Shown: piece after piece, positions 1 to 12,145 of the stretch
How positions within the stretch are numbered: position 1 is the first letter of the stretch
Layout: each line of letters begins with the position of its first letter
Source of the DNA: Ostreococcus lucimarinus
Lineage: Eukaryota
Length of the DNA: 64,000 nt
Assembly: GCA_000092065.1 (NCBI GenBank)
Contig: CP000587.1
Strand: one strand, 5' to 3'
Notes under the pieces: model-generated
What the model was told of the DNA's origin: nothing
Seen by the model: the letters and a program-made list of their open reading frames with translations, nothing else
The model's database searches: none
Translations under genes and position numbers: made by a program

Positions 1-385
1 GCCTCTTTTCGCGACCGTCTCCGCGATCGCTCGCGTCGCGTCGCCGTGCGCGCGCGCGTCTGTGTCGTGATACCGCCGCGGAATCAAATTTAATTAATCG
101 ATTCGATCGCTAACGGTCGCGCGCGATCTTCAGCGCGCGCCGTCGACGCGACGCGACGCGCGCCCGCGCGCGGGTCGCGGATTCGCGAAAAACAAAATCG
201 CCGCGGGCCGGCGCGCGATCCTCGGCGCGCGCGCCGTCACGCGCGATGTATCATCTTAGTCATTCTTAGCGCTTGGTTTAGCTCACTGTATAGTAGCGCG
301 TCTTTGTAGTCTCAGCTCGTCCGACGCTCGTCTCGCCGAAACGAAACAAACTGCCTCAAAACCCGATACAGGGATCGCCGCAAAG

Positions 386-3300
386 ATGGCCTCGCCGTTC
401 GCCGTCCCGCCGCTCCGGCGGCGCGCCGCCGTCCTCGCGGCGTGGGAAACCATCACAGACGTTATCGCGGACGAAGGTGCGCGCGCGCGCGCGCGGTGAC
501 GAGAAAACGACGTCGACGAAGACGAGCACGCGATGTGTCGGATGTGTCGAAAGCGACCTCGCGAGCGTGGACTGACGGACGCTGCGGCGCGACGAACAGG
601 ACTGGCGTCGACGCATGACGTGCAAACGTTGATAAAGTCAATATTTGCTCACGTGCGAGACGCGCGATGGCGGGTGAAGGAGGTGCGGGAGGCGATGGAG
701 ACGGCGACGAGCGCCGCGAGCGGGAGAGACGCGGGATTTCGAAGCGTCTTCGTCGCGGCGTGCGGGAAAGCGGTGGAAAAGGGAGGGTTTAGTGAACACG
801 AGTGTTACGTCGCGAGTCGATTGATGTGCGCCGTGATGAGCGCGATGACGTTGGAGAGCGAGGATGGGTTGTTGGCGAAGTCGCTGGAGACGCTCGCGAG
901 GCTGCGAGCGAAGGGCGCCAAGGCGTTCTCGGCTAAGGCGTTTAAACAGATGGTGCTCGCGCACGGGGGGGATGTGGTTTTGGATAGATACATCGAGCTT
1001 GTGCAAAGTAGTGGTGGGACGAATCCGGTTCTGTGCGCGTTGGCGCACGAAGCGTTCGCCGTGGCCAAAACGACTTCTCGGCGACCAGCCGAGATCCGCA
1101 AGGCGCTTTTGGAGGTGTTTTGTACCGTCGTGCTTGGCGCCGACGCGAAAGTCGCCAAAGTTGGAGTGTCGAGCGAGTCGTTTGCGTCCATTTTGACGAA
1201 TGCTACGAGCGAAGAACTCAACGAGACCTTGCTCCCAAAAGCCGTTCGACAGTTGCGTCGCAGTCCCGAAGCTGTCTTGCCCGCCGTTCTCGGCGCGTTG
1301 AAGACGTTGAGCGCGGACGTGAGCAACATGTGCGCGGAAATGGGGCCGGTAATACTGCCTCTGGCGAAGCACGCAAACGAAGATCGTCGCGCGATGGCTC
1401 TGGAGATCGTAAGCGCCCTCGTGAATGGTTCTGCCGATGCGAGCGTCGTCAAGGAGCACATTTTTGCGCCGTGCACGAGCGAGTTTTCTTCAGGACCTCG
1501 ACCGAAGGAGTGGACCGCTCGCACCGGTTTGTACGCTGTGATTGCGTCCTGTTCGCAGTTGAGCGACCGCAAAGCGAGAGAGTTGCTCAGCGCCGACGCC
1601 ATCGGTGTTCTCTCAGCGGAACTGACCGTGGAAAAGCAACTCGAAGCGAAAGCCGCAGCGCTCAGCGCTCTAACTGCATGGCTTCGTCATGCGAGTGAAT
1701 GCCCAGAATCGCTCGCTAGTCTGGTAAAGGAGGCTTCGAAGGACACGACGGAGCGCTGCTCGACATTTCAGTGCGTAGCACAGGCTTTGCGCGTAAACTC
1801 TGCGCTTCCGGCAGGGCTATCAGGCGTCGTCGCCAACTTGTCTCCGATTGCGGTGGCGGGCAGTGGTAAGCTAGCACTACGTGCCGAGGGCTTAAGCTCA
1901 CTATACATACTTCTGCGCGTTGCAGCAGAAGACCCATCTACTGCTGAAGCGCTGAAGACGAACAAGGTTTGGGATTCTGTCGCGGCGTACTTTGAGCCTG
2001 CGACCATGACACGCTTGGACGACGAGAGTACTGAAATTCTTGCCGCGACGGGTCAGTCCATCATGGCTTTCCACGCCTCACATGCGGCGAAGATGGGGTT
2101 GGTAGATTCGGTGATTCAAGCGATTGCTTTTTTGACTGTGCACGCTCACTCACGAACACGAGCGGCGGCGAGAGAGGCTGTGCGAGGCGCAATTTCTGTT
2201 GGACAACCATCCGTCAAAATGATCCAAGGGCTGCGACATTGGCTCGCTTGGGCCGAGGCTGGAAAGTGGGAGGGTATGATGGACGACACGTTCCCGTCGC
2301 AATACGCCGGTGCTTCACTGATAGCATATTGCGAGTTCAATGAAGACGAGCAAGCCCTGACACTTCCGAATGATTTGATCGGCGAAATGCTCTTACTTGC
2401 ACATCACCCGCTCGTCAAAGCGTCTGATGGCCGACGTGGAGGCGCGTGGTCCGCAATTTTATCGCTCGTGGGGGATAACATCGACGTCGAGGACGCTGCG
2501 ATCGTGTGTAGTACCATTATGGGTGACAAGGGGTTGCGCAGCGAGTCCAGCATGGAACGTTCGTCGGCGCGTAGAGCAATCGTGTCGTTTGCAAGACTGG
2601 GCACTGAGACTGGACGTGTTGTTCTGGACACTATCGTGCCCCGTGCGTTAGAGATGCTCGATACATCGATACACGACGCCCTGAGTGCGAAGGATGTACT
2701 CATCTACAACACAGCACCGGGCTCGCTCTCCACAGATCCCGCGAACAAGCCTGCGGTTTCGACATCGACGCAACAACCGAAGAAGGAATCGAATGTGGTC
2801 TCTTTACGACCGAGCCAGGCATCAGCTGGAGCAAAGAAGACAAGTTCAAAGCCTTCGACGAAAGCGATTGATCCACGAGAAGCAGCGCGACGCGCGCAGC
2901 TAGCCGAAGAAGACACTGTTCGATCGCGAGTCAAGGAAGTCGTCCGCAAGTTTGTTGATGGACTCGAGGTCTTGACTGCTACTTTAGAAGGTCTCGGGCA
3001 TAAAGCGCGTGCGTGTGTGTGCGATATTGCGTATTCGAACGTCTTTCCACTGTTAAAGTCGAAAATCATCCCACAGTCTACGGTTCTGAAAGCAGTAGAG
3101 GCACTCGTGTATTGCGCCGCGGCGAGAGGGGCAGCGATGATGCTTTCGTTTCCACGGGAACGACAAGCCGAAGCTTTAGCCATTCGGTTGGGGGCAATGA
3201 GCTTAAACGGGACGCCCGCACCCGTTGAGATCGGCTTGAACGGTAAACCTGTATCGGTGGACATGCATACGGTTGGATTCGAGAGTCGCATCTTGGGACA

Positions 3301-6300
3301 AGCAATTGAGCTTGCACAAGAAGCCTTGGAGGACAATGATCCAGATCCACTTCCGGTACCTATATTTGGCGTGATGTTCCCTGTCATCGCGCACGCTCTA
3401 CTTCTTCCTGAAGCTCCAAAGAGTTTGCGCGTTGATGCTCTCGGTTTACTTGCAGCACACGCCGGTGAAGATGAAGACGGTGTGCCAATCTTGCCGAGCG
3501 CCGCGGCCGCTGTACGACTGTTGTTGAACACGCTCGCGAATGCGACACCAGATCTAGTAAACATAGCAAAACCCATTCTGTCAGACGTGTCGCGATACTT
3601 GCGCACGAGCGATGACGTTCTCGCATTGGTCGACGGTGTCGAAAGTGAGTACAGAGCGGTTAGAGGTGCCTCTCTATCAGGTTTGCTGAACGCGCCGCTG
3701 AATTTTGCTTCCATGGAACAGCAAACGGCTAACATCGCGATTGCAAAGCTTTTTATTGCGCGTTTCGACGCCGACGAAGTAAATAAGCAGACGGCTGAAG
3801 AGGTTTGGGTATTGTGCGGACTTTCAGACACGATTCCGTCTCCTGTGGATGTCCTGCCGTTTCTCACACACGCAAGCGGTTCCGTTAGGGGGAGTGCCGT
3901 GGAAGCTTTTGCGGCGACGATTGCTGCGCAAGAAAACGGCATGTCGATTTCACTACCGAAGCTTTTCGGCGAATTCAACTCATGTGAGCATGGGTATGGG
4001 CGAGAAGCGCTCATCAAGGGACTCGGCGCTTGTACGCCAAGTCTTAGCGCCCGTGATCTCCCGCTCGTATCCACATTTCTCACAAAGGTTCTCTCTGATG
4101 TCGACGCTGGCGTGCGTTCCGCGACGGTAGAAACCGGACGCTTGATGATTGACGCACACGGTGCAGAGCACACGCAACAGCTACTTGCTGTTTACGAAGC
4201 ATACTTCGACCGAGGAGGAAGTAGAGGTAATCTATCGGAAGAAGCAGAGGATCACGTTCGACAAGGCGTCATCGTTTTTCTCGGCGCACTTGCGGTGCAC
4301 TTAGACAAAGAGGATGAGAAAGTTCGCGCAATCTTGACTCGCTTGCTCGAGGTTTTAAGCACACCATCCGAAGCTGTACAGCGTTCAGTGGCGGATTGTT
4401 TACCTCCTCTCATGAAGAAGCTCAGTGCTGAAGAGCAACAAGCTTTGGTTGATGCTCTGCTGCAGCAACTCACGACGAGCCATGCGTATGCCGATCGGCG
4501 AGGCGCGGCGTTTGGCCTGGCAGGTGCCGTCAAGGGCATCGGTATGAGCAGTCTCAAAGGCATGAACATCATGGACACTCTGAAGGTAGCGATCGAGGAC
4601 AAAAAGAATCCCGAATCGAGAGAAGGCGCGGTTATGGCTTTTGAATTATTCTGCACGAGGTTGGGCAGGCTTTTTGAGCCATACGTCGTGAACATTCTGC
4701 CCATGCTTCTAGTTTGTTTTGGCGACGTTACTGCCCCCGTTCGCGAAGCCACGCAAGCGGCAGCGCGCGTAATCATGGCAAATTTATCTGCGCAAGGCGT
4801 GAAGCTTGTTTTACCGGCACTTCTTTGCGGGGTCGATGACGACAAATGGCGTACGAAACAAGGTTCGGTTCAACTGCTCGGCGCGATGTCAAACTGTGCC
4901 CCGAAACAGCTTGGAGCGTGCTTACCTCAGATCGTGCCTCGTCTGAGCGAAACGTTGATTGATACCCATCCGAAAGTCGTAGAGGCTGCAACGCAAGCCC
5001 TCAAGGCAGTGGGTGACGTTATTCGCAACCCAGAGATTATCGCTTTGAGTAGCTATCTCCTCGGCGCTATTCAAGATCCCACAAGACGTACAAAAGCATG
5101 CTTGGACGTACTGCTCGAAACGACGTTCGTGAACGTGGTCGACGCGCCTTCGCTCGCACTCATCGTACCGGTCTTGGTTCGCGGTTTGCGCGAACAGAAA
5201 GCAGATATGAAGAAGAAAGCGGCTAAGATCGCTGGGAACATGAGTGCTCTCGTCGCCGATCCAAAAGACATGGCTCCGTACATCCCCATGCTCGTCCCCG
5301 AGCTCAAGAAGGCTCTGATGGACCCAATTCCAGAAGTACGCGGCGTTGCCGCGCAAGCACTCGCAGGACTGATTAACGGTCTAGGTGAAGAGTACTTTGA
5401 AGACTTACTCCCGTGGATGATGCGCGCCATGCAAAGCGACGGCACAAGCGTGGAGCGCTCTGGCGCCGCGCAAGGTTTGTCTGAGTGCTTGGCCGTACTT
5501 AGCACGGATCACTTCGACGCGCTCTTCCCAGAAATCCTTTCTGGTTGTGCCAACGCATCATCGGCCGTGAGAGAAGGTCACTTGACTCTACTGCGATTCC
5601 TACCGATATCACTTGGTGACGTCTTTGAGGCACATCTCGTCGACGCACTAGCGTGCGTTCTCCAGGGCTTGGCTGATGAAGACGAACCCGTTCGAGAAGC
5701 CGCGCTGAACGCGGGCAGAGTATTTGTCGAAGAATTTTCTCACAGTGGTAGTTCGCTAGATTTGATTTTGCCGGCGATCGAAGACGGTATCGTCTCCGAT
5801 AACTGGCGCATTCGCCAATCCTCTGTTGAGCTTCTCGGTTCGATGTTGTTCCGCATTATCGGCTCGAGTGGCAAGGTGCGCGTTGAGGGTGGTGATGATG
5901 CCGAAGGCATCTCCACCGAAGCACAAGGACAAATGCTCAGTAATACGTTGGGTGAAATTCGTCATCACAACTTGCTTGCCGCTGTTTACATTCTTAGATC
6001 GGACGGAACTTTGAGCGTGCGAAACGCTGCAGTTCACATTTGGAAAACCGTCGTCGCGAACACTCCGAAGACTCTCAGAGTCATATTACCTTTACTCATG
6101 CAGCGCGTGATTTCAACAATGTCTGGCGGTTCGGACGATCGTCAGCAGACTGCGAGTCGATGTCTTGGCGATGTCGTGCGAAAGCTGGGCGAACGCGTGC
6201 TCGTATCCGTCTTGCCAATCATGCGAGAAGGGTTAAAGAGCGAGCTCGCCGAGCATCGCGAAGGCGTCGCCTTGGGTTTGGCTGAAATATTATTTGCGGC

Positions 6301-8362
6301 GACAGATTCTCAACTCGAAAATCATTACGACGTCGTCATTCCTACCGTTCAAGACGCGCTGTGCGATGAAGATGAAAGGGTACGTAGCGCCGCTGGCGCG
6401 GCGTTCGACAAACTCTTTCAGCACGGCGGCGGACACGCCGCGGGTGAGATCGTCCCGGCACTCCTGGAACAGCTGGAGTCGAGCCCGACCGTACTCGAGG
6501 GCTTGAAGCAAGTGCTTAAGGCGCAGCCAAAGATTCTTGCCACCGTGCTTCCGAATTTGGCGCAACCGCCGCTGTCAATTTCAGGAGCTCGAACGCTCGG
6601 CGCGCTCGCAGAAGTCGCAGGCACCGCCTTGCCTCCCCACCTTCCTTTGTTGATCCCGCCTCTTCTCGAAGCCATGGCCGATGATGATGAAGAAAGCCGG
6701 TCGGCGGCGAGTTCTGCAGCGCTCGCGGTCATCAAGGCTGTTCCTGAGAATTCGTCGCACCTGTTGCTGACAGAAATAAAACGCGGAATGACGGATGAGT
6801 ACCCGGGTTGTCGAGCCGCGGCAGCGAAACTGGCGGGTGAATACGCCAAGAACGCGCCTGGCTACGACGGAGATTCAGAAACAGAGGTGTTGATAAAAAG
6901 GTTGTTCGAGCTCTTCACTGACACCGACGAGGCCGTGCTGCTCGCCGCATGGAGCGCCATGGGAGACGTCACCGCCACTATTTCACGACAGGAGCTTCCA
7001 GAATACGTCGAGTGTGTATCGAAGGCTTTGACTCTCGCGCGTGACAAAGTTCGTCGCGCTAACAAAGCATCACACGAATATCTTATCCCCGCACTCTGTC
7101 TTCCGAAAGGTCTTGCGCCCATCGTGCAAATCTTTCTCCAAGGTGTTCTCTCTGCAGAGAGCGCGGATGCTCGAGAAGACGCGACAAAGGGCCTGACGCT
7201 TGCCGTCTCAAGTACGACTTCCGCGGCTTTGAAAGCGCACATTATCGCGATTACCGGCCCTCTTATTCGTGTCGTTGGCGATAAGCACCCGAGCGCCGTG
7301 AAGAGTGCGATCCTGGAATCGCTTGGTGTGTTGATCAACAAGGGAGGCATCGCGTTGAAACCATTCGTTCCGCAGCTTCAAACGACGTTCGTGAAGTGCC
7401 TATCCGATGTGCAGATATCTGTGCGCATGAAAGCTGCGACCGCTATCGGTTTGTTGATGGCTCTGCAGACTCGTGTAGACGCACTGGTCAATGATTTGAT
7501 CAGTACGGTCGAGTCCGATGAGACTGAAGCCGGTATTCGCGAATCGACATATAAAGCCATCGCCGGCGTATTTGCGTACGGCGGGAAGAACATTGCAGCA
7601 CCCAATGTGACGCGCGCCGTTGACGCGGCATACGCCGCGCTCGCTTCATCGTCATCGGGCGAGCGAGCTTGCGCGAGTTTGGCGCTATCCCGCGCGTTTG
7701 TGTGGTGTCCAACAGAAGAGCGCACCGCCGTGTTGGAAAGACTCAACGCCGGCGATGGTCGCGCGGCCGAGCATCGTGAAGGTGTTGCGGACGCTTTATG
7801 CCAGATTTCACGAGCAAACGGGCAAGTCATCATGAATGATCACGCATCAATTACGCTTAATGCGCTCGTTCGCGCTGCGAGTGATGAACGTCCGCCGAGT
7901 CGAGCCGCAGCTGCTCGCGGACTTGGTGCGCTTGCAGCCATTTCCGCGACAACTTCGGGAGGTGCGTCACCGTATCTGAGTAAGCTCATGCCAGTGTTGA
8001 GTAAACTCTTGCGGGATGCAGTCATAGAAGTGCGCTACGCCGCGACACGAGCATTTCGCGTCATTATTCATGCGGCTGGTCCTTCGGAAATGTCCATTCA
8101 TTTTGAGAGTTTCATGAACGTCCTGGCCGAATGCGCCGTGGCCGATAAGTCTTCAGAAGTCCGACATCAAGCTGAGCGCGCCGTTTATCGAGCGTTTAAC
8201 TTGCAAAATGGTATGGATGAAGCATTAGAACATTTGCGCGCCGGTGGCACCGCCCATGGCGCGCGAGGTCGCCTGTCCGACATTGCGTTGCGAGCGCTCG
8301 CCGCTCTGCCCGAACAAAGCGACGATGAAGCCGATCCGCCCGTCGAGATGGATTTGCAATAA
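386..8362 (+). CDS. GCN1: Translational activator GCN1 (HEAT-repeat eIF2alpha-kinase co-activator). Preferred model is join(386..476,600..8362). The minimal intronless ORF is 533..8362.
   Basis: A 2609-aa ORF made of HEAT repeats. Its C-terminal region (LKPFVPQLQTTFVKCLSD, ITGPLIRVVGDK) matches conserved GCN1 blocks. The putative 5' exon at 386..476 is followed by a GTGCGCG donor at 477, a GGACTGACGG branch at about 568-577, and a CAG acceptor at 597-599. The join is in frame. Confidence 0.88.
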
Positions 8363-8409
8363 TCTAGAAGTAGTTAGAAACGTAATGGAATTCCATTCAC
8401 AAATAATCA

Positions 8410-9519
8410 TCAATCGCTATCGCTGTCGAATAACTGCAAGCTAATCTCTACATCTTTTAACGCGGCCTTGGCGCTGGAGTTTGCCGCATCAAGCTCGAGC
8501 GCTTTGTGAAGCATCTCTCGAGCTCGTTTCAATTTCCCGACGTTCTGCGTCGCATCACCGAGCGCCAAGAGAGCCTTCCCGCCTCGTACGTACCCTCGCA
8601 CGTAACTTTCATCTATCGCGATCGCGGATTCACACGCCGAAATGGCGATTTCAAGCACCTCCGCCTTTTGCGGCGACGCATCGCGAAGTTCGTTCGCGTA
8701 GAGAAGCGCCGCCGCCGCTGTGTTTCCTTGGTACGCAATCTTCCCAGGTTCCATACGCGCAGCTTCGACATACAGCGCCAGTGCGTCAGCGTATTTTTTC
8801 TTTGCGTACAGCGCCATGCCTTGGTCGTTCAATTCCTCCGCCGTCGAGAGCGACGCGACGGCATCTGACGCCTTCCACGACAAAGACTTTTTCGGCGCGA
8901 CCACGGACGCGTCGAACCCAACTCCACCCACTCGCTCCCACGGTCTCTCATCACTCGCCCCAGCTACAGCCTTTGCCGCCCACGCGAGCTCCATCTGCCG
9001 CGTCTCGTTTGCTCCCGAGCCGTCGCCCAGCGCTCGCGTCTTTGAGTACGCCGACGCCCCGCAATTAAAATCCGCCTCCGGCCGCTCCCCAGCCTCCCAC
9101 GGCACGCGCACGTCCACTCCAAAGTTCACATGCGGTCTATACTCTCCCCTCGCCCTCAACATCGCCTCGATCTCAAACGGATCCATCCCCGACAGCGCCA
9201 ACGCGAGCACGTCCTCCAACCGCTGCAGCGGCGGTATCTCGTACGTCCGCGCCCACCGTTCGTGATCAAAGTTCGCCGTCGTCAGCGTGTGATACGCGCA
9301 CGTTATCTCCGTGAACATCATCTTCGCCTTTTCCACGTCATCCGGATTCTTATCCGGGTGCCAACGCAAGCACAGCGCGCGATATTTCGCCCGGATGACT
9401 TTGGCCGCGTCCCCATCTTCCTCAGTCGACCCATCACCGCGTCGCGCGCGCGCGTCCGCGATCGACGATCCGAGCTCGAGCACTTCGAGCGCTTTTTCGC
9501 GCGTCATCGCGTCGCCCAT
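8410..9519 (-). CDS. DnaJ (J-domain) protein with C-terminal TPR repeats
   Basis: An N-terminal J domain carries an HPD motif (KYRALCLRWHPDKNPDDVEKAKMMF). The C-terminal half has TPR-like repeats. A true ATG lies at 9519. Confidence 0.8.
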   Translation of the reverse strand: MGDAMTREKALEVLELGSSIADARARRGDGSTEEDGDAAKVIRAKYRALCLRWHPDKNPDDVEKAKMMFTEITCAYHTLTTANFDHERWARTYEIPPLQRLEDVLALALSGMDPFEIEAMLRARGEYRPHVNFGVDVRVPWEAGERPEADFNCGASAYSKTRALGDGSGANETRQMELAWAAKAVAGASDERPWERVGGVGFDASVVAPKKSLSWKASDAVASLSTAEELNDQGMALYAKKKYADALALYVEAARMEPGKIAYQGNTAAAALLYANELRDASPQKAEVLEIAISACESAIAIDESYVRGYVRGGKALLALGDATQNVGKLKRAREMLHKALELDAANSSAKAALKDVEISLQLFDSDSD

Positions 9520-9673
9520 CGCCCTCGAGCGCGCGCGCGCGTCGGGGTGTGCGGCGACGCGCGCGTTCGCGCGAGCGTTTTTTCAGTTTGTTTAAATTTA
9601 ATGTCATGAACGTCGACGAACGATCGCGCGCGCCGGCGACACTTGACCGCGCGACGCGAGCGCGAGCGCTTCG

Positions 9674-10189
9674 ATGGTGAGCGCGGTGTTCGTCGCGTCG
9701 TCTGCGGCGCCCGCGATGCGAACGACGGCGGCGGTGACGCGCGCGACGCGCGCGAACGCGCGCGATGGGGCGCTGACGTGGCTGGGACGCGCGCCAACGC
9801 GACGCGCGCGCGTCGTCGTCCGCGCCGCGGGGCCGGCGGCGAGGAAGGAGCTGCTCGAGATCGAATCCCGAGAAGCGTTCGACGCGCTCGTGGGCGAAGA
9901 CCGCGTGACGGTGGTGGATTTCATGGCGCTGTGGTGTCGAAAGTGCGTGTTTCTCAAAGGCAAGCTCGAGAAGAAGGCTTCGTTCTTCGGCGACGACGTG
10001 CGATTCGCGTTCGTGGACGTCAATAAGGTGTCGCAGGAGCTCGTGCGTGGATGTGGCGTCGAGAGCATGCCGACGCTGCAGGTGTACAGGAATGGGGAGA
10101 AGCTTTGGGAACTCGTGGCGGGGGAGGACGGCGAAGCCGTGGTGAAGAAGCTTCACTACGCGATAGAGGACGCGCAAAAGGAGAAGTGA
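9674..10189 (+). CDS. Atypical thioredoxin-like protein with a WCRKC motif, probably plastid-targeted
   Basis: A thioredoxin fold carries the WCRKC redox motif (VVDFMALWCRKCVFLK...VESMPTLQVYRNG). The N-terminus is R/A/T-rich and looks like a transit peptide. Confidence 0.8.
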   Translation: MVSAVFVASSAAPAMRTTAAVTRATRANARDGALTWLGRAPTRRARVVVRAAGPAARKELLEIESREAFDALVGEDRVTVVDFMALWCRKCVFLKGKLEKKASFFGDDVRFAFVDVNKVSQELVRGCGVESMPTLQVYRNGEKLWELVAGEDGEAVVKKLHYAIEDAQKEK

Positions 10190-10247
10190 GGCGCGTTTTC
10201 GTTCGTCGTTGTGTACACGTGAAGTTTGTTGTATTACTGATCTACAT

Positions 10248-11897
10248 CTAGAAGCCGCATTTGCATTTCGGAATGTGCGAGATGGCTCGCTCGAGAACGT
10301 TCGTGGCGCGGACTCGGACGAGCGACCAGGCGTCTTCGAGTCTGGCCTGCGCGAGCGCGTCGACGTCGTCGTAAGAGTCTTCGAAACCGTGCACCGCAGC
10401 TAGTCGAAGCCAAAGCTGTGGTGCGCCGAATTTCGTTAGTTTGTGTGGTACCGTCGTCGGCGCGAGACATAAGCCATCACCCGAGGAATTCACGGCGCGG
10501 AGAAGATCGAGATTCATCGCGTTGAAATCGACGCCGTGCGACTCTTCCAATTCGGCGACTGTGAATCCGTTCGACGCCGCGCCGGTGAGACGAAATAATA
10601 TCATCGCGTCGTCCTCGTCTACCGAGTCGTCGATTTCGAATCTCAAGTCTTTCGCCATCGCGCGCGTCATCGCGCGCTTTACGCTCGGAATCGCGGCGAC
10701 GCACGACAGAGGTAAAGGTTGCTCGAGCGCTCGAATGTCTCGCATGATCTCTTCCTCGTTCAAGCCCACACCGATCACCACCAAACACGTGCTCGTCGCG
10801 CTCACGAGCTCACCCACGCTCGGCTCGAGCTCGAGTCGACGCTTGCCGGAAAAGTGGAAATCGTAGCTCTCTCGGTTTTCATCCTCGGCGAGAGTCAACA
10901 CGCCTTTGGCGCGAATCGTCGCCGCGGGCATCATCTTCGTCGCCCAATGCTGAAATCGCGCAAACACGAGCGGTGACGTGGTTTCGTGCGCCAGTGAGTT
11001 GCACGAGCTCTGCGAACCACCGGCAAAGTGCGTGGTCTTCCTCGACGGATCTAGTGATAGAGGACCGCGAACGACGATTTTTTGTTCCTCCGTCTTCGGT
11101 TTGCGTAATCGCCCGCCCGACGCCGAGAGCACGTAAGGAAGCGGCCCCGCGCCCCAATCGTGACCACTCTTTCCTTCCGGTTGCGGCACCATGTCGACGT
11201 CTAATATGCTCGTCAAAGGCACGTTGGCGTCGACGCATTCCAACACTCGAGCGCCTCGCGCCTTGTCCTCCACGACGGCTCGCGCGCGCGCCAATCTCTC
11301 TTCATCCCCCTCAAGTAAATCAATCTTATTCAGAAGCACGACGTCAGCGCACGCCAACTGCGCGTCCCACGCCTCTCGTTCGACCTCGGGTCCTCCTTCC
11401 GACGCAATCTCCGCGTCCACGACGCACACCACGCCGTCCAAACGCGCGCGCGTCAGCGCCCCAAAGTTCCTATCCAACCTCGAAACCACCTCCCCCGGAT
11501 CCACCAACCCGCTCGTTTCGATCAGCAGGTAATCAAACACCCCCAATTCCCCCCCGTTTTCGTCCGCGTTCAGCAGCTCGATCACCCCTCGCTCTAAATC
11601 GTCTCGCAGCGAGCAGCACACGCACCCGTTCGTCAGCTCCGTCACCCGCGCCGCCGCTCTCCCATCCTTTCCCTCGCCATCCCTCGCCCCGCTCGCGCGT
11701 CGAACCAACCGCGCGTCCACGTTCAGCGCCGCGAAATCGTTCACCGCCGCCGCGACGCGCAGCGTCTGTCGATTCTCCAGCGCGCGTCTCGCGAGCGTCG
11801 TCTTCCCCGCGCCCAGAAATCCAACCACCAGCGTGATCGGCAGCGTCCGCGACGCCGTCGCCGCGTACGCCGTGCGCAGTTCGTAGTTACGGAACAT
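10248..11897 (-). CDS. COG0523 / CobW-family G3E GTPase (putative zinc metallochaperone) with a long C-terminal extension
   Basis: A P-loop (GFLGAGKTT) sits right after the proposed start MFRNYEL. A CxCC motif (CVCCSL) and the LIETSGLVDP block follow. I chose the ATG at 11897 because it places the P-loop near the N-terminus. The ORF-track start at 12101 lies in low-complexity sequence. Confidence 0.8.
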   Translation of the reverse strand: MFRNYELRTAYAATASRTLPITLVVGFLGAGKTTLARRALENRQTLRVAAAVNDFAALNVDARLVRRASGARDGEGKDGRAAARVTELTNGCVCCSLRDDLERGVIELLNADENGGELGVFDYLLIETSGLVDPGEVVSRLDRNFGALTRARLDGVVCVVDAEIASEGGPEVEREAWDAQLACADVVLLNKIDLLEGDEERLARARAVVEDKARGARVLECVDANVPLTSILDVDMVPQPEGKSGHDWGAGPLPYVLSASGGRLRKPKTEEQKIVVRGPLSLDPSRKTTHFAGGSQSSCNSLAHETTSPLVFARFQHWATKMMPAATIRAKGVLTLAEDENRESYDFHFSGKRRLELEPSVGELVSATSTCLVVIGVGLNEEEIMRDIRALEQPLPLSCVAAIPSVKRAMTRAMAKDLRFEIDDSVDEDDAMILFRLTGAASNGFTVAELEESHGVDFNAMNLDLLRAVNSSGDGLCLAPTTVPHKLTKFGAPQLWLRLAAVHGFEDSYDDVDALAQARLEDAWSLVRVRATNVLERAISHIPKCKCGF

Positions 11898-12145
11898 GTT
11901 TATCGACGTCGATCGCGCCTCGCGTCGTCGTCGCGCGTCGTCGTCGTCGTCGTCGTCGTCGCGTCGTCCATCGCGTCTCTCGTCGTCATCCATCGCGTCG
12001 CGCGCGCGCGTCGCGCGGTCGACGCGTCGCGCCCCGACGCGTCGCGCGCCGTCGCGCGTCCCGTTCGGCGCGCGCTTCGCCGCGACGCGCGCGCCGAGCA
12101 TCCGCGCGCCGCGCGTCGCGGCGTCACACGCGCGCGCGCCGCGCG

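Noticed and set aside
533-535. ATG533 (MCRMCRKRP...) as the GCN1 start, as given by the ORF track
   Set aside because: It is not excluded. But it lies inside a 123-nt segment bounded by a consensus donor, branch site and acceptor that joins an upstream ATG-initiated exon in frame. The MCRMCRK peptide is atypical for a protein N-terminus. I kept it only as the minimal fallback model.
2704-4173. Long antisense ORFs overlapping real genes. Examples are 2704..4173 (minus), 11900..13105 (minus), 15178..16296 (plus), 21006..22359 (plus), 27547..28566 (minus), 33910..35379 (plus), 38077..39781 (plus), 40856..41848 (minus), 47478..48635 (plus) and 61841..62971 (minus).
   Set aside because: Their translations are R/A/G/S-rich low-complexity sequence with no domain resemblance. 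They lie opposite well-supported genes or inside GC-rich intergenic DNA. They are the expected by-product of about 65% GC, where stop codons are rare in all frames.
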